Shown here: positions 12,905-24,230 of the stretch, piece by piece | Layout: each line of letters opens with the position of its first letter | Numbering within the stretch: the first letter of the stretch is position 1 | DNA from: Octopus bimaculoides | Lineage: Eukaryota | Reading direction: 5' to 3' | NCBI RefSeq assembly: GCF_001194135.2 | Contig: NC_068986.1 | Location: forward strand, 31,719,929 to 31,758,583 | Length of the DNA: 38,655 bases | Translations under genes and position numbers: made by a program | Notes under the pieces: model-generated | Seen by the model: only the letters and a program-made list of their open reading frames with translations | Database searches by the model: none | What the model was told of the DNA's origin: nothing

Positions 12905-12934
12905 TGGTTGGTAAGCAAGCTATTTACCACACAG
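12902..12934 (-). mobile_element. Head fragment of the CORE-like SINE family
   Basis: atgtggttggtaagcaagctatttaccacacag matches 38579-38611 with one mismatch. Confidence 0.8.
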
Positions 12935-13604
12935 TTACTTTTATGTATGTATATATATATAGTGTAAAAATTATAAATAACACGAAGGCGAGGTAAAAAG
13001 ACCAAGTATTAGGGTTACGCCCACGAAGAATAGAAGGAAAACTCTTTTAAGTTTCATTCGTTCATTTTTCTGTAGAAAGAATAAATGAGGAGAGAAAAAA
13101 AATGGATGGAGAAAAGACAAACATGTTTCCAGTTCATAGAAGTTTTGGCTGCTCAGAATAAAGAAATCAACGGCTGAAGTTTGAGTGCTTACATACTTCA
13201 TAAAAAAATAATAAGGCAAGCAAAATCCATTTTCTGTTCCGCCCGATGGCCCTGATCTGCTTTTGGGCAATGCAAAATGTGTATTTTTTTAGTATTTATT
13301 TTTGATAGAATATTCCTCCATGTATGTATGTATGTATGTATGTATGTATGTAGCTTTGTGTGTATGTGTGTGTGTGTATATATTTGGTTGTGTATGTACG
13401 TACGTATGAATATATGTATTTGTCAATATCTATCTGTGCGTGTGCGTGTGCGTGTGTGTTTGTGTGTGTGTGTGTGTGTACGTTTCTATGTGTCTTCTCT
13501 TTTTCTGTTCACATATAGAAAGACTCTTTCACACACACACAAAACTTCCGACATTATAAGCGATGCTGCAAGTTACAGTGTTAAATAGCTACGGTTTATT
13601 TTAG

Positions 13605-13698
13605 CTGATCAGATAAGAGCAGATTATTCATTGCTTGCTAATGCAATGTCGAATATCTTAACTGAACAGATTTCTAGATTTGATAATCATATAATCTT
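13605..13698 (+). CDS. Candidate internal exon (phase 1 to 2): xDQIRADYSLLANAMSNILTEQISRFDNHIIx, product unknown
   Basis: Acceptor tttattttag| and donor |gtaagc flank a 94-nt stretch open in one frame. No homology recognised. Confidence 0.25.
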
Positions 13699-13877
13699 GT
13701 AAGCAACTCTACATTTTTAATAATAGTTATTAATATCTATGTAACCTTAGAGGCCAGTCACGTACAGCAACAAATAAATTGAGTGTGAGATGCGGGTTCA
13801 GTTTTCAAGTGAAGACAATTCAACATTATCATATTATCTTGTAAGGGATTCTGTATTTTAATAATTCTATCTATTTT

Positions 13878-14210
13878 AGGGCAAGACCAACAAATTTCAA
13901 GGGTGGGGGAGGAAGTCGATTACATCTACCCCAGTTCTCAACTAGAACACATTTTATCGATTCTGAAAGGATGCTAGGAAAAGTCGACTTCAGCCGCATT
14001 TGAACTTAAAATGTTGGCAAAAATGTCGCGATAACAATCCTGCTCGCTCGTCGCTTTAATAAACATTTCTACTAAAGGTACAAGGCCTGAAATTTTTCGG
14101 GGTGGGGTGGGGCGCTAATCGATTATGTCGTTCCTTTACTTGACTGGTATTTAATTTTATCGATCTTCAAAGTATGAAATGCAAACTTGACTTCGGTGGG
14201 ATTTCAACTC
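13878..14210 (-). mobile_element. Two old degenerate SINE bodies (about 13878-14015 and 14068-14210)
   Basis: Each retains variants of gtcgattacatcgaccccag...tttatcgaccccgaaaggatgaaaggcaaagtcgac...atttgaact. Confidence 0.7.
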
Positions 14211-14212
14211 GG

Positions 14213-14402
14213 AGGCACAAGGCCCGACATTTTTGGGGAGGGAGGGGGCCGGTCGATTAGATGGACCCCAGTACGCAACTGCTACTTAATTTATCGATCC
14301 CGAAAGGATGAAAGGCAAGGTCGACCTCGGCGGAATTTGAACTCAGAACGTTAAGTCAGACGAAATACCACTAAGCATTTCGCCCGGCATGCTAACGTCT
14401 CT
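14213..14402 (-). mobile_element. SINE (aggcacaaggcc tail type) interrupted in its head by a younger SINE
   Basis: Body is intact and stops at ccggcatgctaacgtctct, where the next SINE tail begins. Confidence 0.85.
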
Positions 14403-14633
14403 TATTTCTTTATTGCCCACAAGAGGCTAAACATAGAGGGGCCAAATAAGGATAGACAAAGGGATTAAGTCGATTACATCGACCCCAGTGCGTAACTGGT
14501 ACTTAATTTATCGACCCCGAAAGGATGAAAGGCAAAGTCGACCTCGGTGGAATTTCAACTCAGAACGTAAAGACAGACGAAATACCGCTAAGCATTTCGG
14601 CCGGCATGCTAACGTTTCTGCCAGCTCGCCACC
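14401..14633 (-). mobile_element. Full-length young SINE, same subfamily as 8459-8694
   Basis: cttatttctttattgcccacaagaggctaaac...gctaacgtttctgccagctcgccacct; a further degenerate head follows at about 14636-14685. Confidence 0.92.
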
Positions 14634-15465
14634 TTGATAAGCATTTATTCCGACGCGGTAATGATTCTGTTAGCTCACCGCCTTATTCTAAATTTTAATA
14701 TTACACAAGTAAACAATGTTTTCTCATCGTCTCGTCGACCATTACTAGAATGGTTTCGGTTCTTTATGCCATCTTTACACAAAGTGATTAGATGTACTTG
14801 TCTCTTATCGGCATCCCTATTGTATATCATCCCAGACTTCGTACTAAACACTCAGACTAAACCTTCTCTTCTAGAGCTGCTATCTTATGAAATCCCTCTC
14901 TGATCACATTTTCCACCAGAGACACATACACGATAAAGTTTAAGCTGGAATCTAAACGGTGACTTGGCAGAGACGCGAGAGCGCGGGAGAGGATTCTTTT
15001 CGGTATTCGTTCCGGTTTTCTCCGCTCAATATTCAAATAATGTCGAGGGTTCGATGCACAAATTACCAATCCAGTTTAGGGTTCCCACTCAGTCAGTCAT
15101 TAAGTTATTTTTTCTTTCTGAAAGAAGTCGGTTGTGATCAGGGTTGGAGAAGGATGAGCTCCATTGAGCGTAAGGCGTTTAAGATAACCCTTATGCCAAT
15201 TCCTCAGAAGACAAAGCCAGCTTACCAACACAGAAAATGTTACCAACCAGAGAAATACTCTAAGGGTTTATAGATACTGCCTTTCATCAAGCCCAGCAAT
15301 TTAGAATATCCTATAACGAGTAGTTACAGTTAATATCCTTCATTCTTGCTCAGACAAGAAAGCATTTGCGTAATCTTTATGGTGAACATCATACGACTTG
15401 AAGTTCGAACACCAAATCAATTGATCTTTCAAAAAGAATTTACCTCAGTGTATTTAACTTGCTGT

Positions 15466-15644
15466 GGAGGCGCAATGGCCCAGTGGTTAGGGCAGCGGAC
15501 TTGCGGTCATAGAATCGCGGTTTCGATTCCCAGACCGGGCGTTGTGAGTGTTTATTGTGCGAAAACATCTAAAGCTCCACGAGGCTCCGGCAGGGGATGG
15601 TGGCGAACCCTGCTGTACTCTTTCACCACAACTTTCTCTCACTC
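15466..15644 (+). mobile_element. 5' part of a different tRNA-derived SINE, truncated into (GA)n
   Basis: A box tggcccagtgg (15476-15486) and B box ggtttcgattccc (15519-15531), followed by a non-tRNA body with no acceptor-stem closure. Confidence 0.85.
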
Positions 15645-15702
15645 AAGTCGAGAGAGAGAGAGAGAGAGAGATAGAGAGCTGTATTAGCCTACACTAATAT
15701 CT

Positions 15703-15820
15703 CCTTTATCGACTCCAAAAGGATGAAAGGCAAAGTTATCCTGCCTGTGATTTGAACTCAGAACACAGAGATCAAAATATTAACACAGTTTCATCGACGT
15801 CCTAGTAACTCTACCAATTC
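15703..15820 (-). mobile_element. Degenerate SINE fragment
   Basis: tttatcgactccaaaaggatgaaaggcaaagtt...gatttgaactcagaac. Confidence 0.65.
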
Positions 15821-15879
15821 ACATTTTCACACACACCCACACCCACTCACCCACGCACGTACACACAAGTATACACACA

Positions 15880-15999
15880 CATGCATACATACATACGTAC
15901 ATACATGCATACATGTGTTGTGCACATGTAAATATACGAAAGTACATATGTATATATGTATATATATGTATATATATATGTATGTATGTATATATATAC

Positions 16000-16092
<93 letters not shown>

Positions 16093-16201
16093 TATGTACA
16101 TATATATGTGAGTATATATATATGTACATGTGTGTAAATATACGTACGTACATATGTATGTATGTATGTATATATATATATGTATGTATATATATATATA
16201 T

Positions 16202-16259
<58 letters not shown>

Positions 16260-16339
16260 GTATATATAGATATGTACATATATATGTGAGTATAGATATA
16301 TGTACATGTGTGTATAAATACACACACACACACACACAG

Positions 16340-16372
<33 letters not shown>

Positions 16373-16375
16373 CTG
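15880..16375. repeat. Compound (TA)n/(CA)n/(TACA)n microsatellite with an internal ~50-bp duplication
   Basis: gatatgtacatata..tgtgagtata.atatatgtacatgtgtgt occurs at about 16091 and 16269. Confidence 0.9.
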
Positions 16376-16476
16376 AAAGGGCAGGTATATTGGTAATATG
16401 ATAATATAAATAAAACTAAAAAGAAATAGAACTGAACAAAAGTGTAGAAGACAGAGGTAGTTGTAGCAAAATGTAG

Positions 16477-16672
16477 GATGAGAATAAACGATATTCGTCG
16501 CTGGTGATCAAAAACATTTCTACCGGAAATGACGTTATTAAGCAAAGGAAGCACACATGTCATGTGATAATCGGGAGTTTCATTCATCTGGACCACCACA
16601 CTGTACTCACGTCCGCAGAAATTCTGGGTGTTCTCTTTGAGAAATCTAAGCCTCGTATCAAGCCTCAGGCTC
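16477..16672 (+). CDS. Possible coding island, strand uncertain: [33 protein letters not shown]...KPQA
   Basis: Complex sequence between microsatellites; 65 open codons on plus and more than 100 on minus; splice sites weak. Confidence 0.15.
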
Positions 16673-17665
16673 GTGAGAGTGTGTGCGCGTATATATATAT
16701 ATATATATNNNNNNNNNNNNNNNNNNNNNNNNNNNNNNNNNNNNNNNNNNNNNNNNNNNNNNNNNNNNNNNNNNNNNNNNNNNNNNNNNNNNNNNNNNNN
16801 NNNNNNNNNNNNNNNNNNNNNNNNNNNNNNNNNNNNNNNNNNNNNNNNNNNNNNNNNNNNNNNNNNNNNNNNNNNNNNNNNNNNNNNNNNNNNNNNNNNN
16901 NNNNNNNNNNNNNNNNNNNNNNNNNNNNNNNNNNNNNNNNNNNNNNNNNNNNNNNNNNNNNNNNNNNNNNNNNNNNNNNNNNNNNNNNNNNNNNNNNNNN
17001 NNNNNNNNNNNNNNNNNNNNNNNNNNNNNNNNNNNNNNNNNNNNNNNNNNNNNNNNNNNNNNNNNNNNNNNNNNNNNNNNNNNNNNNNNNNNNNNNNNNN
17101 NNNNNNNNNNNNNNNNNNNNNNNNNNNNNNNNNNNNNNNNNNNNNNNNNNNNNNNNNNNNNNNNNNNNNNNNNNNNNNNNNNNNNNNNNNNNNNNNNNNN
17201 NNNNNNNNNNNNNNNNNNNNNNNNNNNNNNNNNNNNNNNNNNNNNNNNNNNNNNNNNNNNNNNNNNNNNNNNNNNNNNNNNNNNNNNNNNNNNNNNNNNN
17301 NNNNNNNNNNNNNNNNNNNNNNNNNNNNNNNNNNNNNNNNNNNNNNNNNNNNNNNNNNNNNNNNNNNNNNNNNNNNNNNNNNNNNNNNNNNNNNNNNNNN
17401 NNNNNNNNNNNNNNNNNNNNNNNNNNNNNNNNNNNNNNNNNNNNNNNNNNNNNNNNNNNNNNNNNNNNNNNNNNNNNNNNNNNNNNNNNNNNNNNNNNNN
17501 NNNNNNNNNNNNNNNNNNNNNNNNNNNNNNNNNNNNNNNNNNNNNNNNNNNNNNNNNNNNNNNNNNNNNNNNNNNNNNNNNNNNNNNNNNNNNNNNNNNN
17601 NNNNNNNNNNNNNNNNNNNNNNNNNNNNNNNNNNNNNNNNNNNNNNNNNNNNNNNNNNNNNNNNA

Positions 17666-17746
17666 AAATGATAACGATTTAGTTAAAAAAGAAAAATACT
17701 AAGGTTAATTACATTTAATATTAAATTTCCGTGTTATTTTTAAAAA

Positions 17747-17789
<43 letters not shown>

Positions 17790-18666
17790 GTTGTTGTTGT
17801 AGTTGTTGTTTTGTTGTTATTGTTGTTCTTATAATTATAATTATTATTATTATTGTTATCATCAACATCATCATTACCATCAAGATGATAGTCATCGTTA
17901 TTATCATCATAAACATCAACATCGACATCAGCATCAATGCCGTCGTCATCGTCGTCATCATCATTTTTATCGCTCTCCTCAGTATAGTTAACATTATTAA
18001 CATGACCGTAATCCCCTTCTTCCCNNNNNNNNNNAAACACACGCACAAATATATATCTGCTTATCATGACACACATACGCATGCGTATATTTAAAGTAAT
18101 CAAGTCATCTTTTGGTGATCGTACAGGTAGTGGTGATAGTGATGATGATGTTGATGATGATGCTGACAACGACGACGACGACGACGATGATTGTGATGAG
18201 AATGATGTCGTTATTGTTGTTGTTGTTGCCGTTGTTGATGATGGAGATGATGATGATGATGATGATGATAATGATGATGATGATGAGGATGATACTGGCT
18301 CTGATACTGTTATTGTTGTTGTTTGGTTGTAACTTTGTCATACTGAGGTGGTGGCGGTGTTGGTAGACGTGATGACGATGATGATGATGACGATGATGAT
18401 GATGATGGTGGTGATGGTGTGTTAGATGTCGGTACGTGTATTTTCCTTTGAGGTCATCGTTTTATACAAGGTGAGAGTAAGTAGGAGGCAACTTCCGGAT
18501 AACTTTTAAGGTTACCGGAAGTGTGTGCAGCTGAATACTTTGAGTCATTTTGATCGACTTATCGATGAAACAAACTCAGTCTAGAAAATGATAACGATTT
18601 AGTTAAAAAAGAAAAATACTAAGGTTAATTACATTTAATATTAAATTTCCGTGTTATTTTTAAAAA

Positions 18667-18709
<43 letters not shown>

Positions 18710-18790
18710 GTTGTTGTTGTAGTTGTTGTTTTGTTGTTATTGTTGTTCTTATAATTATAATTATTATTATTATTGTTATCATCAACATCA
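17666..18790 (+). repeat. Exact 205-bp duplication (17666-17870 = 18586-18790), each copy abutting an N-gap
   Basis: Identical sequence at offset 920, including the microsatellite length. Confidence 0.95.
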
Positions 18791-19265
18791 NNNNNNNNNN
18801 NNNNNNNNNNNNNNNNNNNNNNNNNNNNNNNNNNNNNNNNNNNNNNNNNNNNNNNNNNNNNNNNNNNNNNNNNNNNNNNNNNNNNNNNNNNNNNNNNNNN
18901 NNNNNNNNNNNNNNNNNNNNNNNNNNNNNNNNNNNNNNNNNNNNNNNNNNNNNNNNNNNNNNNNNNNNNNNNNNNNNNNNNNNNNNNNNNNNNNNNNNNN
19001 NNNNNNNNNNNNNNNNNNNNNNNNNNNNNNNNNNNNNNNNNNNNNNNNNNNNNNNNNNNNNNNNNNNNNNNNNNNNNNNNNNNNNNNNNNNNNNNNNNNN
19101 NNNNNNNNNNNNNNNNNNNNNNNNNNNAATGGCTAATATGTATCTTCCATGCTGTAATTGTTTTAGTTTCAACACACAGACTCAGATCAAATCAATTGCA
19201 AGACAAATACATCTTAAAATCTATCTGATACGGTCATCTGATTCCATTGATAACATCCTTTAATA

Positions 19266-19539
19266 CAGTGGTTCCCAAACTTTTTCAAGCTGCCACCTCA
19301 TTGATATCCAGGCCACATTCCTAGCGCCCACACCCCAATTAACCATCACAAACATAGACCTCTTTCTGAAGCAAATTCAAAGCAACTGTATTTCACAAAT
19401 TAAACTTAATCTGTTGACCCCATTATTTTGTTGTTTTTACATGAATCGCTACCCCATTATTGCCCCACTTTTCTTCAACGTCCCATTGGAACTTTCCACC
19501 ACTCCCAGGGGGCAATGCCGCCCACTTTGAGAACCACTG
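19266..19539. mobile_element. hAT-superfamily MITE
   Basis: 14-bp TIR cagtggttc(c/t)caaa; 8-bp TSD ctttaata (19258-19265) / atttaata (19540-19547). An 8-bp TSD with CAG.GGTTC.CAA ends is typical of hAT elements. Confidence 0.85.
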
Positions 19540-19833
19540 ATTTAATACATTGCCTTGTTAACAGAAATTTATGTTCAACAATATTTATCAACATCTTAAA
19601 ACATTAAAGGAGCTTATTCTCCACAAGCAACATCGACAAAGGAAACAATTGAAATTCGACTCATCCTTCAAACTACTGTAGTTGTTAAACCTCATAATAT
19701 TGATCAGGGCCTCTGGTATTTCTTTAACGACAGTAAACCATAACACATATAGGATCACAATTGGAATCCCAGACAAGTGAGGCCCCTGGACAACAACCCA
19801 GTCTGCGCATGCTTTAAGACAGCACTGATATTA

Positions 19834-20047
19834 TTTTCTACTTTAGGCATAAGACCCGAAATTTTTGGGGAGGAGGCCACTCGATTAGATCGACCCCAGT
19901 ACGCAACTGGTACTTAATTTATCGATCCCGAAAGGATGAAAAGCAAAGTCGACCTCAGCGGAATTTGAACTTAGAACGTAAAGACAGACGAAATACCGCT
20001 AAGCATTTCGCCCGGCGTGTTAACGTTTTTACCAGATCGCCACCTTA
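19834..20047 (-). mobile_element. Full-length tRNA-derived SINE, same type as 14213-14402
   Basis: taggcataagacccgaaatttttgggga...gtcgacctcagcggaatttgaact...tttttaccagatcgccacctta. Confidence 0.88.
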
Positions 20048-20099
20048 GACAACACTAATATTGATAATACACAATGCTCTTGACTCATCTTCTATTCAG

Positions 20100-20215
20100 T
20101 TATCTCATAGTCATATCTATATCCATGGAAAATTATAGTGCAAATACATGTCGACAAGTCGCTCCTTTCCTATATTCACCGCGAGCACATGAAGCCTACC
20201 TGTCATTTTCTTCAG
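20100..20215 (+). CDS. Candidate internal exon (phase 2 to 1): xYLIVISISMENYSANTCRQVAPFLYSPRAHEAYLSFSS
   Basis: Acceptor cttctattcag|, donor cag|gtaaat, 116 nt open; an alternative acceptor is possible at aattatag. No homology recognised. Confidence 0.22.
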
Positions 20216-21048
20216 GTAAATTAAATTAACAGTTTATAGTGTAAAACTTTTTAACTTTACAAACTGTAATGTTAAATAATCTTATTAAAATATTTATGTT
20301 TTTGTCTTTTATGCAGCAATAAGATGTTTATAGTATTGCTGTAATTTTGTTAAAGTTTAGCTTACAGTGTATATATTTTCAATATCACATACGCATATAA
20401 CATTAACCCTTGCCATCGGTTAACTCGGACGATTGGATAAAACGGACACTGTTCTTTTATTAGTACGGCGTAACGAGACTGTAACATCATACATACATAC
20501 ATACATACATACATACATACATACATACATACATACACATACATAAATACATACACTTACACATAAATACATACGTTCATACAAACGTAGGTGTGTGTAT
20601 ATATATATATATATTTATAGGNNNNNNNNNNNNNNNNNNNNNNNNNNNNNNNNNNNNNNNNNNNNNNNNNNNNNNNNNNNNNNNNNNNNNNNNNNNNNNN
20701 NNNNNNNNNNNNNNNNNNNNNNNNNNNNNNNNNNNNNNNNNNNNNNNNNNNNNNNNNNNNNNNNNNNNNNNNNNNNNNNNNNNNNNNNNNNNNNNNNNNN
20801 NNNNNNNNNNNNNNNNNNNNNNNNNNNNNNNNNNNNNNNNNNNNNNNNNNNNNNNNNNNNNNNNNNNNNNNNNNNNNNNNNNNNNNNNNNNNNNNNNNNN
20901 NNNNNNNNNNNNNNNNNNNNNNNNNNNNNNNNNNNNNNNNNNNNNNNNNNNNNNNNNNNNNNNNNNNNNNNNNNNNTATATATACATACAGACTTGCAAA
21001 CTCAGTCACTTATTCATTTACAGACTTATTCCTCCATACTCTCTTTCA

Positions 21049-21089
<41 letters not shown>

Positions 21090-21666
21090 GCATGCTTAGT
21101 AATTTTTGAGAAAGTATTTTGTACACACACTTCAAGGCCTATACAAACGTATTCAATCACCACCCACTGACTTCACTTCCACACTCGATTTATATTCACA
21201 AACAAATACACACATGCGTACACACATGTATACACACAAACGCATACATCCGCACACAGACACACATACACACACAAATGCCCTCTGGGTTAAAATAATA
21301 TGGAAAATAGTTCATACACAACATGAGTGAAAAACGTAAAAAAAAACGTTAGAAAATTTAAAAACAAAAACAGAACAAAACAAAACAAAAAACACACCAA
21401 TACACACAAGTGTTCGGTATACTGTTTCCATGGTGATCGTACAGCGTAATATTTCTATGGTGAACACAATAACATATATTTTTCAATAGTAATCATAAAA
21501 TAATACAATTTCTATAGCTCTTATATTAATGTCCAAAGTATTATTGCGCGGTGAAAAGTCATTATTTTATTGTGGAGAATCTCTTCAATTCTCTCCTCTA
21601 TCATAAATACATTTGTTTGTTCGCGTTTTGTGGTTTGTATATAACAGTGTGTGTATCTAGGCTCTC

Positions 21667-21699
<33 letters not shown>

Positions 21700-22002
21700 A
21701 GGGCCTAGATACATTATATATTTATAGATAAATATACATATACAAATATATATTTATATATATTTACATGAATATATATATATATGTGTATATTTATGAA
21801 TATATTTATATACATACATATATGTCCGTGCGTGTATATGTATATGTACATGTGATTGTGTGTGTATGTGTGTGTGTGTGCGTGTATGATTTGTGAATCT
21901 GTGAATATAGTGTTTTTTTCTACATTTGTTATTACAAATGGTTTTATTAATATACAGCTAACTTATTAAAAGGATATATTCTATTAAACTAACCAAAACA
22001 AT

Positions 22003-22048
<46 letters not shown>

Positions 22049-22070
22049 ATATACCAATATCAATATATAT

Positions 22071-22106
<36 letters not shown>

Positions 22107-22157
22107 TACACATACATATACAAGTAAGTGTATANNNNNNNNNNTTGAAATATTGAA

Positions 22158-22201
<44 letters not shown>

Positions 22202-23247
22202 CACTACTACTACTGCTACTACTACTACCACCGCCGCCGCTGCTGCTGCTGCTGCTACCATATAGAACAAGAGCAATAATGGTGATTTGTTTAATTGTTT
22301 ACGAGGGCACAAAAGAAACATTACAATTTGATACAATGGCGATTTATCTCTCCAATGAAATTCTCTAACGATTAAAACAAACATTATTTGTGATGTAACA
22401 ACACCCAGCCCACATAAACACACACTCACATACGCATACGTGCAATTGAAACATAGACATGTACACATATGCATGAAACCGGGCATATAAGCGCATATAC
22501 ACGCACAGAGTATACACAAAAATACACGACTATATATATAATAGGGATATCTGACACATTGTTACTAAGGTCATGTATTTTACAAGGCACGAAACTTAAT
22601 AGAATCGAGCTTGGAATCTTGAAACGCAGACTGGGCTTCGTCGGGATTTGAAATAGGAAAACCGAAGGACAAACCGTTTGTTAGATCTAGGTCTCTTTGA
22701 ATCTCAAATCTAATAATAAGGGCTGTGTGATATCTTCTAGATTTTTAGTCATCGGGACATAAGCATTGATAACAAAGCTTAGACATGGTTTATAATAGAT
22801 AACAATTTCAGTGGACAAACTGTTGTTGTTGTTGTTATTGTTTAACAACAACCTGATGAAACAGACGTAGGATCATAGATGTCGCACCACTCATACATTC
22901 TTCCGTTGTTGATGTTGTTGTTGTTGCTGTTATTGTTGTTTAACCTAAAAAATATCTGATCGTGTAGAGTTTTGAACAAAAGCGGTTTAAGACACAACCC
23001 ATAGCCTCTTTCGTTCTTGGTTTTCGTTGTTTAACCTCAAGATTATTATGATCAAGCAGCCCTATGATAAAAAAAATCATTCGGCTATGATCATTCAATA
23101 TTTTTTTTCGAAATATCCCGAATTATATTATCCTATTGAAACACATATCCTAATAGAAATACATATTTCGTTCCTTCCTTTTTGAGAAGCTGAAATTTTG
23201 TTGCTATATCTAGCAGACACATCGACCATAAAGCGATGGTGGGGGGA

Positions 23248-23291
<44 letters not shown>

Positions 23292-23294
23292 AAC

Positions 23295-23453
23295 ATATAC
23301 GATGGGCTTCTTTCAGTTTCCGTCTATCAAATCCACTCACAAGGCTTTGGTCGGCCCGAGGCTATAGTAGAAGACACTTGCCCAAGGTGCCACTGAACCT
23401 AAAACCATGTGATTGGTAAGCAAGCTACTTACCACACAGCCACTCCTGCGCCT
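23295..23453 (-). mobile_element. CORE-like tRNA-derived SINE with a 10-bp deletion next to the B box
   Basis: Minus strand: ggagtggctgtgtggtaag (A box)...ggcaccttgggcaagtgtctt (CORE-like motif). Lacks 10 nt relative to the copy at 38456-38623. Confidence 0.88.
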
Positions 23454-23629
23454 ATCTGTCATGTTTTCAGAAATAATGTATACCTACGACAACATTATCC
23501 AATGTGTTTTTACCTGGTTCATTTTTTTTTCTGGGCGACAGTGGTTATGTGTTTCTGAAAGCAATATATAGCTGCTGTTTCTAGCAGTTAGAACAATTTT
23601 ATCGACGCACTGTAACTGTCAGCGAAGAT

Positions 23630-24026
23630 CTTAGAAATGATAATGGTAATGGTAGTAGTAATAATAGTAATGGTGGTGGTTGTGGTGGTGGTGGTGGTGG
23701 TTGTGGTGGTAGTTGTGGTGAGGTTGGTTGTGGTGGCTGTGATAGTGTTGGTGGTGATGGTGGTGGTGGTGGTTGTGGTGGTTGTGGTGGTGGGGATGAA
23801 GATGGTAGCTGATTGTGAATTGTGGTAGTGGTGGTGATAGTGGGTTGCAGGTAGAAGTTGATGGTGATGATGATGACGATGGTGGTGTTGGTCGTGGTGG
23901 TTGTAAGTGGTAGCAGTGGTGGTGATGGTGATGATGATGACGACGACGACGACGATGATGATGATGATGATAATGATGATGATGATAATAATGATGATGA
24001 ACATGATGACGATGATGATGATAATA

Positions 24027-24057
<31 letters not shown>

Positions 24058-24230
24058 CGATGATGTCGAAGATGATGATGATAATAATGGTGAGGATGAT
24101 GATGATGATGATCATGAAAGTGGTGGTTGATGTTATCATTGTTGTTGATGCTTGTTGTTGTTGGTGGCGATGGTGTTGTTGTTGATATTGTTGTTGTTGT
24201 TGTTGTTGGTGGTGGTGATGGAGACGGTGA
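23630..24230. repeat. Mixed (GGT)n/(GAT)n/(GTT)n trinucleotide low-complexity tract
   Basis: Directly visible; source of the poly-H, -D, -T and -M ORFs. Confidence 0.95.

Noticed and set aside
14634-15273. Several 70-105 aa ORFs and a CpG-richer patch near 14960-15030 (SWNLNG; GCDQGWRR)
   Set aside because: The motif resemblances to an APE start and a C-type lectin are not followed by the downstream conserved residues; promoter status cannot be shown from sequence.
15466-15540. tRNA gene
   Set aside because: A and B boxes are present, but there is no acceptor-stem closure and the sequence continues into a SINE body.
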